Virus record (IMG/VR): IMGVR_UViG_3300047554_000447
Span: 1-64,000 of that record
DNA length: 64,000 nt
Strand: one strand, 5' to 3'
From: a virus
The translations under genes were made by a program, and so were the position numbers. Below, piece by piece: positions 44,114 through 55,693 of the stretch; position 1 is the stretch's first letter; every line of letters starts with the position of its first letter. The notes under the pieces were generated by a model. That model searched no databases. It was not told the origin of the DNA and saw nothing but the letters and a program-made list of their open reading frames with translations.

Positions 44114-46846
44114 ATGTCACAACAATTAATTAATATAGGTACAGCAGATCAAGGTAACGGCGACCCTATTCGCACAGCATTTAACAAAGTAAATGAAAAC
44201 TTTACTGAGCTGTTTGAACAAGTGTCGGCTAGCGTAGTAGTAGATACTACACCTCCGGCAGCACCTAGTGAAGGAAACCTATGGTGGGATCCCGAAGGCG
44301 GTAGACTTTATATTTCATATGATTCTAATTGGATCGATGCTAGTCCAGTTGATGGTGTTGGCATTAGTTCAACTAATGAATTAGTTAATGGTGCTTACAC
44401 AGTTAGCCTAGGTAGTAATGGAACTGTAACTTTTCCAGATTTGCTCACTATTGCTAACAGCGTTATTGGAAAATCAAGTTCAGTTACAGTTACTGAAGAA
44501 ACCACAGACGGAACTATTAGTCAGACTACAACTACAGAATCACAGATTGAAATAGAAGCCGAAAGTATTGTTATTGCAAAAAGAGTTAGGCAGGTCACAG
44601 ATGACACAGTTGTTGTTACCACTGACGAAGCAGGTTCTTCTGTAACAGTAAACAACTCGGGCGTCTTTATTAAGAAGTATGCGGAACCTGACGGTCCTAA
44701 TAATACTTCCTACTTTCAAGTCAGAACAAACAACGGTGCTATATTAGAAGCCGTTGAAGAAAATGTTGCTGACGAAACCTACGGTAGGGTCATCGCCGCA
44801 CAGGGCGTAGTTGAAATCGCTACCAGAGCAGATGGCGTTGAAAAGAATTGGGGATTTAGCTATGACGGTACTATGGTCGTTCCAACTAACAGTACCGTCC
44901 TAGGAACAAATGATCTTACTATTAGAACTGAAAGTGATGGGAATTCGGGTCTGTTCCTTAACAGTAGTCCGTTAGTTGGCACAGCAGTCCTATATGCTAC
45001 CAATAATGCTATAATCACTGCTGACTACGATGGCAATCGCAAAGATTGGAACTTTGACAAGTCGGGAACAATAACAGTTCCATTACTACTGCCAAAGATA
45101 TTTACAGCAGTACTGGATGAAGAACATATGGTTGTGCCTATTACGCTTGAGGGAGATCCTTGGCAGTATGGTGTAGAGTTTGCTGTAAACCCAGACGGGT
45201 CTGTACAAACACAAATGGATGATCCTAATCCTACTGTAGATCCTGGATATGTACAAGGTTCTGTTTTTAGATTCACTGAAGCGGATCACGGCATTCCCGG
45301 TTACACATTTGACATAACACTTAATTTTACTTTTGACGAAGAAGCTGAAGTATTTGTTACTAATCCATCAGTTACTGCACCTCCGGAGTATCCCGCAACT
45401 GTAGAATCACCGGGTGCTATTAAACTTAGTGCAACTGGGTCAACTGTTGTTCCTGGACAGCAAATTATAGCTAGTGACGCACAAGGTGGTATTACCAATG
45501 ATTATATAACTGTGTGGGTAGAAGGCGGTGGCACAAACTATCCCGAGATAGTTGCAGTACAGCCTGGCTGGACTGTAGTAGGCGAAGGACTTAACTATGT
45601 AAGCGTCACCAATGCAGAACTGATTACTCAATTTCCAGGTTCTGTTATATATAGAATAACCACTGCCATTTCTAGTGCAAAAATGGGATATGAATATACC
45701 TTTATTGAGCCCGACAGTTCAGAACCAGATCTACAAAATTGGGTATTTGGCACAGATGGTCAACTAACCGTTCCTGGTGCAATCTTTAGAGATGGCGGAT
45801 TGTATATGAACAGTAGCGGGTCTACAACTGCCGCATCTGTTTTTGTAAGCGGTAATTCTGGTGGTGTAATTCTAAGAACAGCAGATAACGCCCAACAAGT
45901 CAGTTACGACTTAACATTAGATGTCAACGGCGAAACATCATTTCCAGGTAGATTGAATTTTTCAGATGGGTCTACACTTGGTGACAACATACTAACAGGT
46001 GCTGTTGACAGTGATCTAGGACTAGAAATCAAGCGTATGGTTACAGTTTCTGGTGCACATATGGGACCAAATAGTCCAGACGTATTACTAGTGGATATAA
46101 CAGAAGATGATGACATCACGATAGTACAGGCGGGTTGGGAATTAAATACTGGTTCAGAAATTGCACCAATTTGGTTACCTGTAGAAACTGTTAGCCGTAA
46201 TGAAAACATTTACTATTTGATAGCAGTCTCTGGTGTTACGTTTGAAACTGGTGTTACCTATACCTTTAGAAATCCTGTACCAGAGTCACAAACATGGTTC
46301 ATCAGAAATCAAACTGGTGGACTAGTGGCGCCAGGCGGTGCTATCATTACTAACGAAACAGCACCATTAGGCGGTGGTGGTACTTACAGAGAGTTAGCTA
46401 TTGAACTGCCTACACCAGACGAATTAAATGAACACCGCTGGGTGTTTGACAATGACGGTGACTTTACTACTCCAGGTAACATTACAGTAACAGGAGGACT
46501 ATTCACAACCTACGGTGTTGTAGTTGATGTTGCTGTTAATGCTGACAACTATCTTGGCCTACACGCTAATCCTAATGCCGGAGTACTGGTAAGATCGTCT
46601 GATACAGAGTTAAACTACTCAGATTGGAAATTTGAGGTAGGCGGCAGTGTAACATTCCCAGACACAAGTGTACAAACAACAGCATATCCTGGCACACTGG
46701 CCGCGGCAAGACTTCCGTATTATGATAATACCGAGGCAAGAGATACAGCGATCACTAGTCCAGAGAACGGCATGATAGTCATAGTCGGTGGTGATGTGTA
46801 TTTCTACGGTGCGGCACAGTGGCGTCAACTCACAGTAGCGGCTTAA
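44114..46846 (+). CDS. Tail/baseplate fibre protein
   Basis: gp9-like N-terminus (INIG..GNGDPIRTAFNKVNENF), GNLWWD module, repeated WxF..DG.LT.P. Confidence 0.75.
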   Translation: MSQQLINIGTADQGNGDPIRTAFNKVNENFTELFEQVSASVVVDTTPPAAPSEGNLWWDPEGGRLYISYDSNWIDASPVDGVGISSTNELVNGAYTVSLGSNGTVTFPDLLTIANSVIGKSSSVTVTEETTDGTISQTTTTESQIEIEAESIVIAKRVRQVTDDTVVVTTDEAGSSVTVNNSGVFIKKYAEPDGPNNTSYFQVRTNNGAILEAVEENVADETYGRVIAAQGVVEIATRADGVEKNWGFSYDGTMVVPTNSTVLGTNDLTIRTESDGNSGLFLNSSPLVGTAVLYATNNAIITADYDGNRKDWNFDKSGTITVPLLLPKIFTAVLDEEHMVVPITLEGDPWQYGVEFAVNPDGSVQTQMDDPNPTVDPGYVQGSVFRFTEADHGIPGYTFDITLNFTFDEEAEVFVTNPSVTAPPEYPATVESPGAIKLSATGSTVVPGQQIIASDAQGGITNDYITVWVEGGGTNYPEIVAVQPGWTVVGEGLNYVSVTNAELITQFPGSVIYRITTAISSAKMGYEYTFIEPDSSEPDLQNWVFGTDGQLTVPGAIFRDGGLYMNSSGSTTAASVFVSGNSGGVILRTADNAQQVSYDLTLDVNGETSFPGRLNFSDGSTLGDNILTGAVDSDLGLEIKRMVTVSGAHMGPNSPDVLLVDITEDDDITIVQAGWELNTGSEIAPIWLPVETVSRNENIYYLIAVSGVTFETGVTYTFRNPVPESQTWFIRNQTGGLVAPGGAIITNETAPLGGGGTYRELAIELPTPDELNEHRWVFDNDGDFTTPGNITVTGGLFTTYGVVVDVAVNADNYLGLHANPNAGVLVRSSDTELNYSDWKFEVGGSVTFPDTSVQTTAYPGTLAAARLPYYDNTEARDTAITSPENGMIVIVGGDVYFYGAAQWRQLTVAA

Positions 46847-46876
46847 CCAATAAATATAAGATACGGAGCAAATTAA

Positions 46877-48478
46877 ATGACAGTACTAACATTTCCAAGT
46901 AATCCAACAGAGGGTCAGATATATGATGCTCCAAATGGAATACAATACGTCTACGATGGCGTTAAGTGGGCAGGAGAAACCACAACTTCTTCGTCTGTAG
47001 CAGTTACAGGTGCCACGCAAGATCGCGTTGCTCCTATGTTTGTTAACGGTAACAACAATGGAATTACTTTTACATACGATGACGTTACAAACACAATGAC
47101 TGCAACTGTTACTTCAACAGTTGGAGATACATTATCAAATAACAGTCACGAGTTTACTTTAGAAAGTGACGGTACTCTAACATTAGACGGCGAACCGTTT
47201 GCTATTCCGGACGTTAGTAACTTTATCACAAGTTCGGCATTAACTGGCTATGCAACAGAAAATTATGTAACTACTAGAGGATACATTACTAGCAACGGAT
47301 TGCCAAGTCAAACAAATAATAGTGGAAAATATCTAACCACCGACGGAACGACTTTAAGTTGGGGTACTGTTGCTAGTGGAACTACTGATAGTTTAACTAA
47401 CGGTTCTAATCAAGTTGTACTTGAAGCAGACGGTAGTATCACATTCCCAACACTGACAACTACTAACTGGAACGACAACGAAAACGATGTAAGTGGCCCT
47501 ACACTAAAATTAGGTAACGATCCTACAAGTCAAGTTGTTATTACAGGACCTACACCTAACAGCGATAATGCTAGTGCCCAACGATTAGTCATACAAGGCC
47601 AACAGGGCTATGGCGGTGAAAACAATACCAAAGGCGAAGGTGGCGACGTTTATATCTGGGCAGGGTCAGGCGGCGATGGCGGAGCTATTGATCCGCGAGG
47701 CAATGGCGGTGACGTTAAACTTCGTGGCGGACTAGGTGGTAACGAGGGTGGATACATTCGCATAGAATCAGGTGATGCTCAAGCAGACAGTGGCTACGGT
47801 GGATTCCTAGATCTCAACGCAGGCAATGCTGGTGCTACAGGCGGCACTGGTGGCAATGTTAATATTAATGCTGGCGGCGGCAACGCACTCGGCGGTAATG
47901 TTAATATTAATGCCGGTCAAGGAGATACTAACACTGGCGGTACCATCAACATCAGTGGTGGCTACGGTAGTGTTACTGGTGGCAATGTTGAAATCGTTGC
48001 AGGCGGTGGCACAACTTCAGGTAATGTTTCTGTATCCACAGGTAACGGTGGCTGGGTATTTAAGCAGGATGGCTCATTTAGCCTTAACTACGATGAAGTA
48101 CACATTGCCACTAACAACTGGGGCATAGGAGTAGGCGGCGGAACTGGAGCAACTGGCGTAGTTTATACGGCTAAGAATTCAGATCTTTCCAGCATTAGAG
48201 TTCATGCTACTATTGAAGGTGATGAAGACGGTGATGCTACTGGATTTCACATACAGGCCTGTGACATGATGATTGTTAGAAGAATATCAAATACTAATGT
48301 TAATACTGTTGACTCTGTGGTATACGGTGTTATCTACACTGGCGCAGGTCCGTTGGCCTCATTAGACGCACAATGGAACAGTGTATCAAATAAGATTGAA
48401 ATTACAGCAACCCCAACTAGCACAACCAACAATGTGTATGTAAAAATATATGCTACAGAAGTAGCCCGTGGCGATTAA
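46877..48478 (+). CDS. Tail fibre protein with Gly-rich repeats
   Basis: FPSNPTEGQ..YDGVKW head, SGKYLTTDGTTLSW motif, GGNVNINAG repeats. Confidence 0.75.
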   Translation: MTVLTFPSNPTEGQIYDAPNGIQYVYDGVKWAGETTTSSSVAVTGATQDRVAPMFVNGNNNGITFTYDDVTNTMTATVTSTVGDTLSNNSHEFTLESDGTLTLDGEPFAIPDVSNFITSSALTGYATENYVTTRGYITSNGLPSQTNNSGKYLTTDGTTLSWGTVASGTTDSLTNGSNQVVLEADGSITFPTLTTTNWNDNENDVSGPTLKLGNDPTSQVVITGPTPNSDNASAQRLVIQGQQGYGGENNTKGEGGDVYIWAGSGGDGGAIDPRGNGGDVKLRGGLGGNEGGYIRIESGDAQADSGYGGFLDLNAGNAGATGGTGGNVNINAGGGNALGGNVNINAGQGDTNTGGTINISGGYGSVTGGNVEIVAGGGTTSGNVSVSTGNGGWVFKQDGSFSLNYDEVHIATNNWGIGVGGGTGATGVVYTAKNSDLSSIRVHATIEGDEDGDATGFHIQACDMMIVRRISNTNVNTVDSVVYGVIYTGAGPLASLDAQWNSVSNKIEITATPTSTTNNVYVKIYATEVARGD

Positions 48479-48493
48479 AAGGAATAATATAAC

Positions 48494-51400
48494 ATGGCAA
48501 AGAAAGCATTTGAAATTCAAAGTAGCGACCTAAAGTTAGGTGGTGTTAATCTACAAGCAGGTACAACTGGTGTTGTTATTCCTGGAGTTACACAAGCAAC
48601 AAACTATCGTGTAGAAGAAGTTAATGACAACGGTGACCAAACTACAACATTTACTAGTGCTCCTATTGTTATTGACTATGTAACATACTTAGATTATGAT
48701 AACAACGGAACATCAACAGGTAGAGCAGAATATATTGTAGAAGAACTAGATGACGATGGGTATATTGACGAAATTGAGGTAACTGATCAAGGATCATATA
48801 CAAGCCAAGAACTCTACAATGAAGGTAATGATTTATATGCCTACACTGGTTTAGAAAGTAATCCGTTTACATCATTTGTTGGTTCAGATTGGACACAGAT
48901 TCCTTTCCGTCCTAAGATGCGAGCCGGTGAAGTTGAAAACATTGGCGGAGGAGGCATTGGTGACCTAAGTATTGGTGACAACGATGAATCTATTCTGTCA
49001 GACAATGGCGATACCTTTGTTAACTTTAACGGCTTTGATGGCAAACTTGTTATTGGAACGAACGCAGATAAAAACCTGATAGTTAGTTTGAATGAAAACA
49101 ATACATCCAAAGAATGGGAATTTGGCACAGACGGTAGTCTAACATTCCCAGATGGAACGGTTCAAACAACCGCCTACACTGGACAAACTAGTAGTACAGG
49201 TCTGCAATATCGTGGATTCTACGCTAGCCTAAACCAAGTATCTGAACAGGACGAAGATCCATCTATCAATCAGATTGTGTTAAGTCGCAGTAGCAGTATG
49301 GTAGGTAGCAACACCGATACAGATACCGGCAACGAAGGGTTTACTGTTTCAGGGTTGAGCGGTAGCAACATAGTAGCAACTATTAATCTCTACGGTGCTG
49401 ACCCAGACAACTATATAGACAGCAGTGACATTGTATCTTTTATCACAGAATATGTTGACAGAGTTCTGTACAATGGTAATACCGTTCGCACATCAGTGTC
49501 CAGCATACAATCAGCGTTTAACAGCAATCAAACAGCACTGATTAACAGCTTGCCCGACAACACTCTAAAAGAGGAAGTAAACTTTCGCGGTATACAAAGC
49601 GTATTTGACACTACCGAATTTACCAACACTGGTTCTGGTACTGGGGCTGTGTTTTTCTTTGCTGGTGATCCCGAGTATGGTAACACCTTAACTTATGATA
49701 ATCAACTCCAGAGTAAAATAGTTGTTATTCCAGGATCAGGTTATCAAGTAAATGATGTAATCACTGTACCGGGCACAACCTTGGGAGGTGCTACACCAAG
49801 CGATGATATGAGCATCACGGTATCGGTCATTAACGGATCGGGAGGTATTGTAGAATTTACAATATCAGGGCAGATGACTGCTGAAAACTATTCCAACTGC
49901 TATGTCAAGCACTATATCGAAGCTGGTGCCGATGACGCCTATGACCAGGGTAACTTTATTGGCACCAACCTCAATCGTTGTGTGTTTACAGCTAGTTCTA
50001 CTAATCAAAATGAGCTAGTGGTCAGTAGTGTGGATTCAGGTAGTTTAGCACCATTCATGGTAATCAACCAGTCCGATGCCCCCGGTGACTGGCCTATGAT
50101 TCTATGGCAAAAGAGCGGTACCCCTGGCGGAGTGGGAACTTATATCACAGGTGGATATGATAGTTTAGAAGCCGGTCAATCATCAAAGACCTATACAGCC
50201 TATGGTCTATACTACGGTATCAACGAAGTAGTTTCCGGATCAGACACTGATTGGGGCACAGATAGTAGCTATGGCAGTATGGTCAACAACTCAGTGGGCA
50301 TATTCTCTACCGTGGCTGTAAACTGCAATATATCCAGCTTTGTGTATCGTGGTGAATTTGGTGCGGATGATGATGGTGTTAAAACACTAACATCTCAGCT
50401 GGCCCTAGGTGGCGTATCAGATATTGGAGATGGTAGTGTATATCAAGTAGCTAATGGTAATCTAATAGCCGCCTATAATAATACCCTAACTGACGGTAGA
50501 CCAACTTGGTTGTCTATCACTCCAAGAAGCCCAGATCGTGAAACACTGGACACACACTATGGCTTTGACAGTAACGGTATGTGGTTTACAGGTGACAATG
50601 AAGATACAGCAGAACAACAGCCAGCATATCCAATACACACCACTGCCAGTTTCCCAGCAGATGCCAAGACAGTGGTAGAATTTGATATCAGTTTAGTCAG
50701 TGGCAACGAAGACTGGGGCGTTTGCGTTTACCCAGCAGATGGCATTCCAGTTTGGTCTTGGCAACCGCATCCATCAAGAATTGCCGCTACGGTTGACACT
50801 GACACTGAGGATGATATTGTAGCACAAGCAGAATTAAACGGCTTAAGTGATAATGCTTCAGGTGCTTTTGTACTACCTGCGGCGATTGACCGAGCAAGAT
50901 TTACCTACGATCCTTTAGCAGAATTAACTACATTTGAATTGTTAAACGCAGATGGGTTGACAACATCTAGATGTCAAGTACCAGGACGCCTTGCTCCAGG
51001 TAAGGAATATAAGATCGGTTTTGACGCAGACTGGGACAACGCAGGTGTTGGAGAGAAGAGTTACTTTACTAACTTGAACATTACTGTAGGTGACACTAGT
51101 GTTACTAAGACCACAGAGTTTACTATCTCTGGTGAAGTTAAGTTACCTAACACCATCAAAGGCTTTGTCAACATGCAGGGTCCTTGGAGTAACAGTGAAA
51201 ACGACACTGAGTTTCAATGTGTAACCACACACGATGGCTTTGCCTATATGGGCGGTGAAACAGATTGGATCGATAATAACAACGGAAGAATAGACAAGTA
51301 CTCATTGACCACAGGTGAACTAGTATGGTCAAAAATAATAGGTGCTGGTCGCAATGCTCAATTCAACATCAGTTGGACAGGTGGTGCTTATACTTTAGAC

Positions 51401-53986
51401 AGCGTTTCGTTCAGCGGCGAAGGATATCGTACAGGCGAACTACTATACATAGCCGGCGACAATTTTACCGGTGGTGACGCTGTAGTAAACCGTGCCACAA
51501 TCACAGTAACAGAAGCAACAACTGACTCTGGCAACATTGTTTCAGCCACTATCGCAGGTACAGCACCTAGTGGTACTGGTACTGTTACAAATATTGGTGA
51601 AAATTTTCCAGACGCAATGGGGTTTCCTATTTCGCTAGAGTATGACGCAGTCAACGACAATCTTGTAGTGTTAAGTTATCAAACAAGTTTGTCAGGTGAT
51701 GCTACTGATATGTACTTAGATCAAGCCACAGTACTTAGACTAGACCCAGCAAGTGGAGATGTTGTTGACAATGTAACGCTAACTGACCAGGGAGATATGT
51801 ACCCTTATGATGTGGCTACACACCCAACAACAGGTGCTGCCGCAGTAGTTGGAGAAAAATTTAACGAGTACATTCAGTTTGGCACACTAACTATGTTGGC
51901 CACAGGCAACGGTTACTTTGACATATTGAAATCTAATCTAGACGAAGAACACTGGCCAGGTAATCTAATACCAAGTGAACCTGTGGGCAATTTCTTGATT
52001 ACTGGAACAGGTATTACTGGAACAGCAAGCATTAGTACAGTTAACTACTATCCAGGTATAGCCTGTACACCACGACAAGGATCAGGTGCTGTATTTGATG
52101 TCATAGCTAATGATGGTGATCCTGGCATTTATTCTGTTACTGTAACTAATGGCGGTTCTAACTATCTTGTTGGACATAAGATTAAGATTTTAGGAAGTCA
52201 ACTAGGCGGCACAGATGTTACTAACGATTTAATTCTTACAGTGACTGCGATTAATCCAGCAGTTACAGTAAGTGTAAGTGGAACCGCAGATGGCGGAGCA
52301 CAAACAACCTATACTGGAGTTAGTGGATCTAACTACCAGGTAGGCAGCGGATTGGTTTTAGATATTAATGTTGACACAATATCTGGCTCAATAACAACTA
52401 ATATCATGACTGCGGGTTCCAACTATGTAAGCGGCGATGTGGCTATCATTGATGGTGCAACCTATGCCAACGGTGTTACAACAACAGACGATACTGAAGT
52501 AACAGTTGTTGGCGTAGGCGGTAGCGGTGATGTAACCAGTGTTGCTACAAGTAACACTCCTCCAACTGATGCTGTTAGAATCCGTGTTGACGGCATTGAC
52601 TTTACCACAGTTGGCGGTTCTTGGTCAATGAAACTGAACCTACAAGGTGAAGCCTTTGTATGGACCCCAGACTGGAACAAAGCCATTGGCGGCGGCGTCA
52701 ACGATCTATTCCAAGCAGTTGTTTACAGCAAGAACGGTGATAGTATATACGCTGTAGGTAATGGATATTATGAAGTTGGTTATAGTCAAAGTCTAGTGGT
52801 CAAGTTTGCCACTAGCGATGGTACTATTGACTTTAGCAAGTATCTTAACAGTGATGAAGTAGATGCCTATGCTACTGGTGTAGCCACAATAGGCACTAGC
52901 GACATTGTAGTTTCTGGTTATGAATATGTTGTTAGTCTTTCTAGACCTCAACAATTTGTTGCTAGAATGACTTCAAGCGGCACAGTTGTTTGGAAGAAAT
53001 TCTACGGTGACGGTAACTGGGGAAATTGGCTGGACGACAACTGTGATGTACAAGTAGACAGTGACGACAATATCTATGTCACACTTGATTTAGGCGATGA
53101 CAATCCTAATTGGTCTAATACTGGATTTACTGTGACTAAACTAGATTCAAATGGTAATCTAATATGGAGTAGATGTCTAAGCGGTAACGACAGTTCCTAC
53201 CTAGGCAACACCAACGGCAATCGCTGGAGCAGTATCCACGGTGATCAGTTAATAGTAGCGGGTTACACCAATGAAACAGACGATAACTACCACAACGGCT
53301 TATGGGCCAGTTTCCCCACAGACGGATTTGCCTACTTAGGTGGAGAAGGTGAGTTTGTTCAAATGGGAGCATTCCGTTTCAGCCAGGGTAGAATAAAAGA
53401 CGGAGAATTAACTACATTCACAGGCGGCAGTTTTACCGCGTCGGAACAGCCGCAAAACATCACAGCCGTTGCTGACCTTAGAGGATATGCTACTAGAGAT
53501 CCTCAGGATTCGTTACCACAACATCTACACAAGATGGTAGATCTTAACCACGGTGGACTAGTGTTTGGTGATGGTACTAAACAGATCACTGCCGCAGATC
53601 AAGTTCCGCAGATTAGAGCAGACAATGACTATTATATTACTGTCAACGACAGTGGCAAGCACATCTACTTTAGAAACAACGGCGGCACTGTTTATATCCC
53701 AGGATGGTGGTCTAAGAGTTTACCTGTAGGATTTACATTTACTATTGTTAACCGTGCAGGCGAGGATTGTTATGTAAGTTTAGAAGATGGCGGACCTATT
53801 ACAACAGGTACAATCCTTGGTGCTGGTAGAAATCTAGAATATCCATCGTGGGGTATTCCAGACAGCGGTACGGGCAGTATGGTAACACTGATCAAAATAG
53901 AAGATGGACACAACTATGATAATGGTAGCCAAGACGGACAAGTTTGGATGATCAGTGGTCCTAGCGACACTTACATCAACGACTAA
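48494..53986 (+). CDS. Large acidic virion protein (1830 aa) with beta-propeller-like repeats
   Basis: TFPDGTVQTTA motif, GSNY..GD/H repeats, K.DSNGNLIW repeats. Confidence 0.7.
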   Translation: MAKKAFEIQSSDLKLGGVNLQAGTTGVVIPGVTQATNYRVEEVNDNGDQTTTFTSAPIVIDYVTYLDYDNNGTSTGRAEYIVEELDDDGYIDEIEVTDQGSYTSQELYNEGNDLYAYTGLESNPFTSFVGSDWTQIPFRPKMRAGEVENIGGGGIGDLSIGDNDESILSDNGDTFVNFNGFDGKLVIGTNADKNLIVSLNENNTSKEWEFGTDGSLTFPDGTVQTTAYTGQTSSTGLQYRGFYASLNQVSEQDEDPSINQIVLSRSSSMVGSNTDTDTGNEGFTVSGLSGSNIVATINLYGADPDNYIDSSDIVSFITEYVDRVLYNGNTVRTSVSSIQSAFNSNQTALINSLPDNTLKEEVNFRGIQSVFDTTEFTNTGSGTGAVFFFAGDPEYGNTLTYDNQLQSKIVVIPGSGYQVNDVITVPGTTLGGATPSDDMSITVSVINGSGGIVEFTISGQMTAENYSNCYVKHYIEAGADDAYDQGNFIGTNLNRCVFTASSTNQNELVVSSVDSGSLAPFMVINQSDAPGDWPMILWQKSGTPGGVGTYITGGYDSLEAGQSSKTYTAYGLYYGINEVVSGSDTDWGTDSSYGSMVNNSVGIFSTVAVNCNISSFVYRGEFGADDDGVKTLTSQLALGGVSDIGDGSVYQVANGNLIAAYNNTLTDGRPTWLSITPRSPDRETLDTHYGFDSNGMWFTGDNEDTAEQQPAYPIHTTASFPADAKTVVEFDISLVSGNEDWGVCVYPADGIPVWSWQPHPSRIAATVDTDTEDDIVAQAELNGLSDNASGAFVLPAAIDRARFTYDPLAELTTFELLNADGLTTSRCQVPGRLAPGKEYKIGFDADWDNAGVGEKSYFTNLNITVGDTSVTKTTEFTISGEVKLPNTIKGFVNMQGPWSNSENDTEFQCVTTHDGFAYMGGETDWIDNNNGRIDKYSLTTGELVWSKIIGAGRNAQFNISWTGGAYTLDSVSFSGEGYRTGELLYIAGDNFTGGDAVVNRATITVTEATTDSGNIVSATIAGTAPSGTGTVTNIGENFPDAMGFPISLEYDAVNDNLVVLSYQTSLSGDATDMYLDQATVLRLDPASGDVVDNVTLTDQGDMYPYDVATHPTTGAAAVVGEKFNEYIQFGTLTMLATGNGYFDILKSNLDEEHWPGNLIPSEPVGNFLITGTGITGTASISTVNYYPGIACTPRQGSGAVFDVIANDGDPGIYSVTVTNGGSNYLVGHKIKILGSQLGGTDVTNDLILTVTAINPAVTVSVSGTADGGAQTTYTGVSGSNYQVGSGLVLDINVDTISGSITTNIMTAGSNYVSGDVAIIDGATYANGVTTTDDTEVTVVGVGGSGDVTSVATSNTPPTDAVRIRVDGIDFTTVGGSWSMKLNLQGEAFVWTPDWNKAIGGGVNDLFQAVVYSKNGDSIYAVGNGYYEVGYSQSLVVKFATSDGTIDFSKYLNSDEVDAYATGVATIGTSDIVVSGYEYVVSLSRPQQFVARMTSSGTVVWKKFYGDGNWGNWLDDNCDVQVDSDDNIYVTLDLGDDNPNWSNTGFTVTKLDSNGNLIWSRCLSGNDSSYLGNTNGNRWSSIHGDQLIVAGYTNETDDNYHNGLWASFPTDGFAYLGGEGEFVQMGAFRFSQGRIKDGELTTFTGGSFTASEQPQNITAVADLRGYATRDPQDSLPQHLHKMVDLNHGGLVFGDGTKQITAADQVPQIRADNDYYITVNDSGKHIYFRNNGGTVYIPGWWSKSLPVGFTFTIVNRAGEDCYVSLEDGGPITTGTILGAGRNLEYPSWGIPDSGTGSMVTLIKIEDGHNYDNGSQDGQVWMISGPSDTYIND

Positions 53987-53995
53987 GGAACTAGG

Positions 53996-54667
53996 ATGAG
54001 TATTATACAAACATTGATGACGTCTACATTGGGAGGGCCTGTAGCAGACGGAGCAGTTGGAGATTACGTCTGGGACATTACAAACGAATCTTATACCAGA
54101 CCAAGCGGTGGTACTGATCCAGTATTGACATCACTGCTGATGCCAAATAATTCAACTAAAAATGTACACGTCTTTAGTGGAACTAACTATATTTCAACAC
54201 AAGGGCACGGTATTGCTTCGTTTTATTTTAACATATGGTTTTATCCTACCGGCAACCATGTGGGACTAATGACTGAACAAGGCGGTCCTGTTGAAAATAC
54301 TGTTTACTTTTACAATGCTCTTGAAATAGGTCTATCAGGAAATATCAACGCAGGAGTATGGAATGGAGGAAATATCACCTACGTTACTACTACAGAGTCT
54401 GTTACACTAAACGCATGGAATCATTTGTATTTTTATTACAACAACGGTGCTACTGAGATAGGTGTTGCATTAAATGGTAATCCCCCTCACTTAACCAATG
54501 TAACTCGACAAGCCCCGACTACTTCCTACTTCTTATTTGGTGCTCAATGCTCAACCTATATGACAAGTAATGTTAGGTTTGCTGGAAAACTAGGAGATGT
54601 TACGGGCAGTTCCTATATTCCAGGATCTACTTACAACGACACTAAGACTGTTTACGGACTAACTTAA
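53996..54667 (+). CDS. LamG/concanavalin A-like lectin-domain virion protein
   Basis: FNIWFYP, LNAWNHL, ALNG, FAGKLG. Confidence 0.65.
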   Translation: MSIIQTLMTSTLGGPVADGAVGDYVWDITNESYTRPSGGTDPVLTSLLMPNNSTKNVHVFSGTNYISTQGHGIASFYFNIWFYPTGNHVGLMTEQGGPVENTVYFYNALEIGLSGNINAGVWNGGNITYVTTTESVTLNAWNHLYFYYNNGATEIGVALNGNPPHLTNVTRQAPTTSYFLFGAQCSTYMTSNVRFAGKLGDVTGSSYIPGSTYNDTKTVYGLT

Positions 54668-55254
54668 CGAATACCCTGTTCTTTGAGTTTACGACAAGTA
54701 TCGCATCTTCCGCAAGGTGCGATATTTTTTTCTGTGTAGATTGGACGACGGCAGGACCAAAACATATTCTTCAATGTGTCTGGTAGGCTGTCATAAATCT
54801 CACGCTTGGTCATATCCAGTACAGGATAGATTTTACTTACAGGTGTGAACGCGGCCAGTATTTTGTCAGCACGTTTACGGCGTTCTTCAAGTGCGTGATT
54901 ACCATCGTTGGCCTGCATACCCATGGCAACTTTTACTATGTTAGGATTTGCTGAACAGATGTAACCAGCAAAGAAGTTCATAGTATCACTGTCGTATAAA
55001 AAGTTAAGTCCATAAGGTTGTGTACCTATTTCGCTTTCACTGTAGTCAAACTTAAACCCTAGGCGTTTAAGTTCTTTTAGAACCATAGGAACTACAATGC
55101 CTTCAGCACGATCTCTAAGTTCTATATTCTTGTTATGTACGTGATGTATATGGACAGCATAGTCTTTATATTCATCTTCGGTGAGTAACTTGTATATCAT
55201 ACCCAGGCTGTCTAAGCCGCCTGAGTACATGGCTAGGATTGTAGGTTGTTCCAT
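54664..55254 (-). CDS. QueC-like PP-loop ATPase
   Basis: SGGLDS, TKREI, WSC...PCGRCDTC zinc site. Confidence 0.75.
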   Translation of the reverse strand: MEQPTILAMYSGGLDSLGMIYKLLTEDEYKDYAVHIHHVHNKNIELRDRAEGIVVPMVLKELKRLGFKFDYSESEIGTQPYGLNFLYDSDTMNFFAGYICSANPNIVKVAMGMQANDGNHALEERRKRADKILAAFTPVSKIYPVLDMTKREIYDSLPDTLKNMFWSCRRPIYTEKNIAPCGRCDTCRKLKEQGIR

Positions 55255-55688
55255 ATGTAAAATGTGTAAACTTCGTTAATAGGGTGTTCTTTTGGCTCGG
55301 GTGTTAGATCATTAGCACGGGGGAAGTAACAGGCATACTTTGTGGGCCAGTTAGGATTTAAGAACGCACGGGCTACAAACCTATCACAGTTAGGTAGCAC
55401 AACTTCTAGCAATCTTTTACAGTAATCTTCACCAAATGCTAGAGCACCATCTACTATAATTGTGTCCCAGTGTTCATCTAATGTAAACCAATCACGGTTC
55501 TTAATTTTGGGATTATTGTACTTGGGTTCTAAATCCCAAGCTTCATCTGCTAATGGCAGAAGTAACTGTGTGCTACCTAATAGTAGAACACTTCCAGTAC
55601 AGTAGTGTTCAAATACTGAATAATCGTTGTTATTAGGGGCCGCAGGCCACTTTAGTGTGGTCCAATAAGGATCTGTATGCACATTCAT
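55233..55688 (-). CDS. Hypothetical protein (degenerate methyltransferase-like)
   Basis: VLLLGST, WDTIIVDG; overlaps the start of the QueC-like gene. Confidence 0.55.
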   Translation of the reverse strand: MNVHTDPYWTTLKWPAAPNNNDYSVFEHYCTGSVLLLGSTQLLLPLADEAWDLEPKYNNPKIKNRDWFTLDEHWDTIIVDGALAFGEDYCKRLLEVVLPNCDRFVARAFLNPNWPTKYACYFPRANDLTPEPKEHPINEVYTFYIWNNLQS

Positions 55689-55693
55689 ACGGA

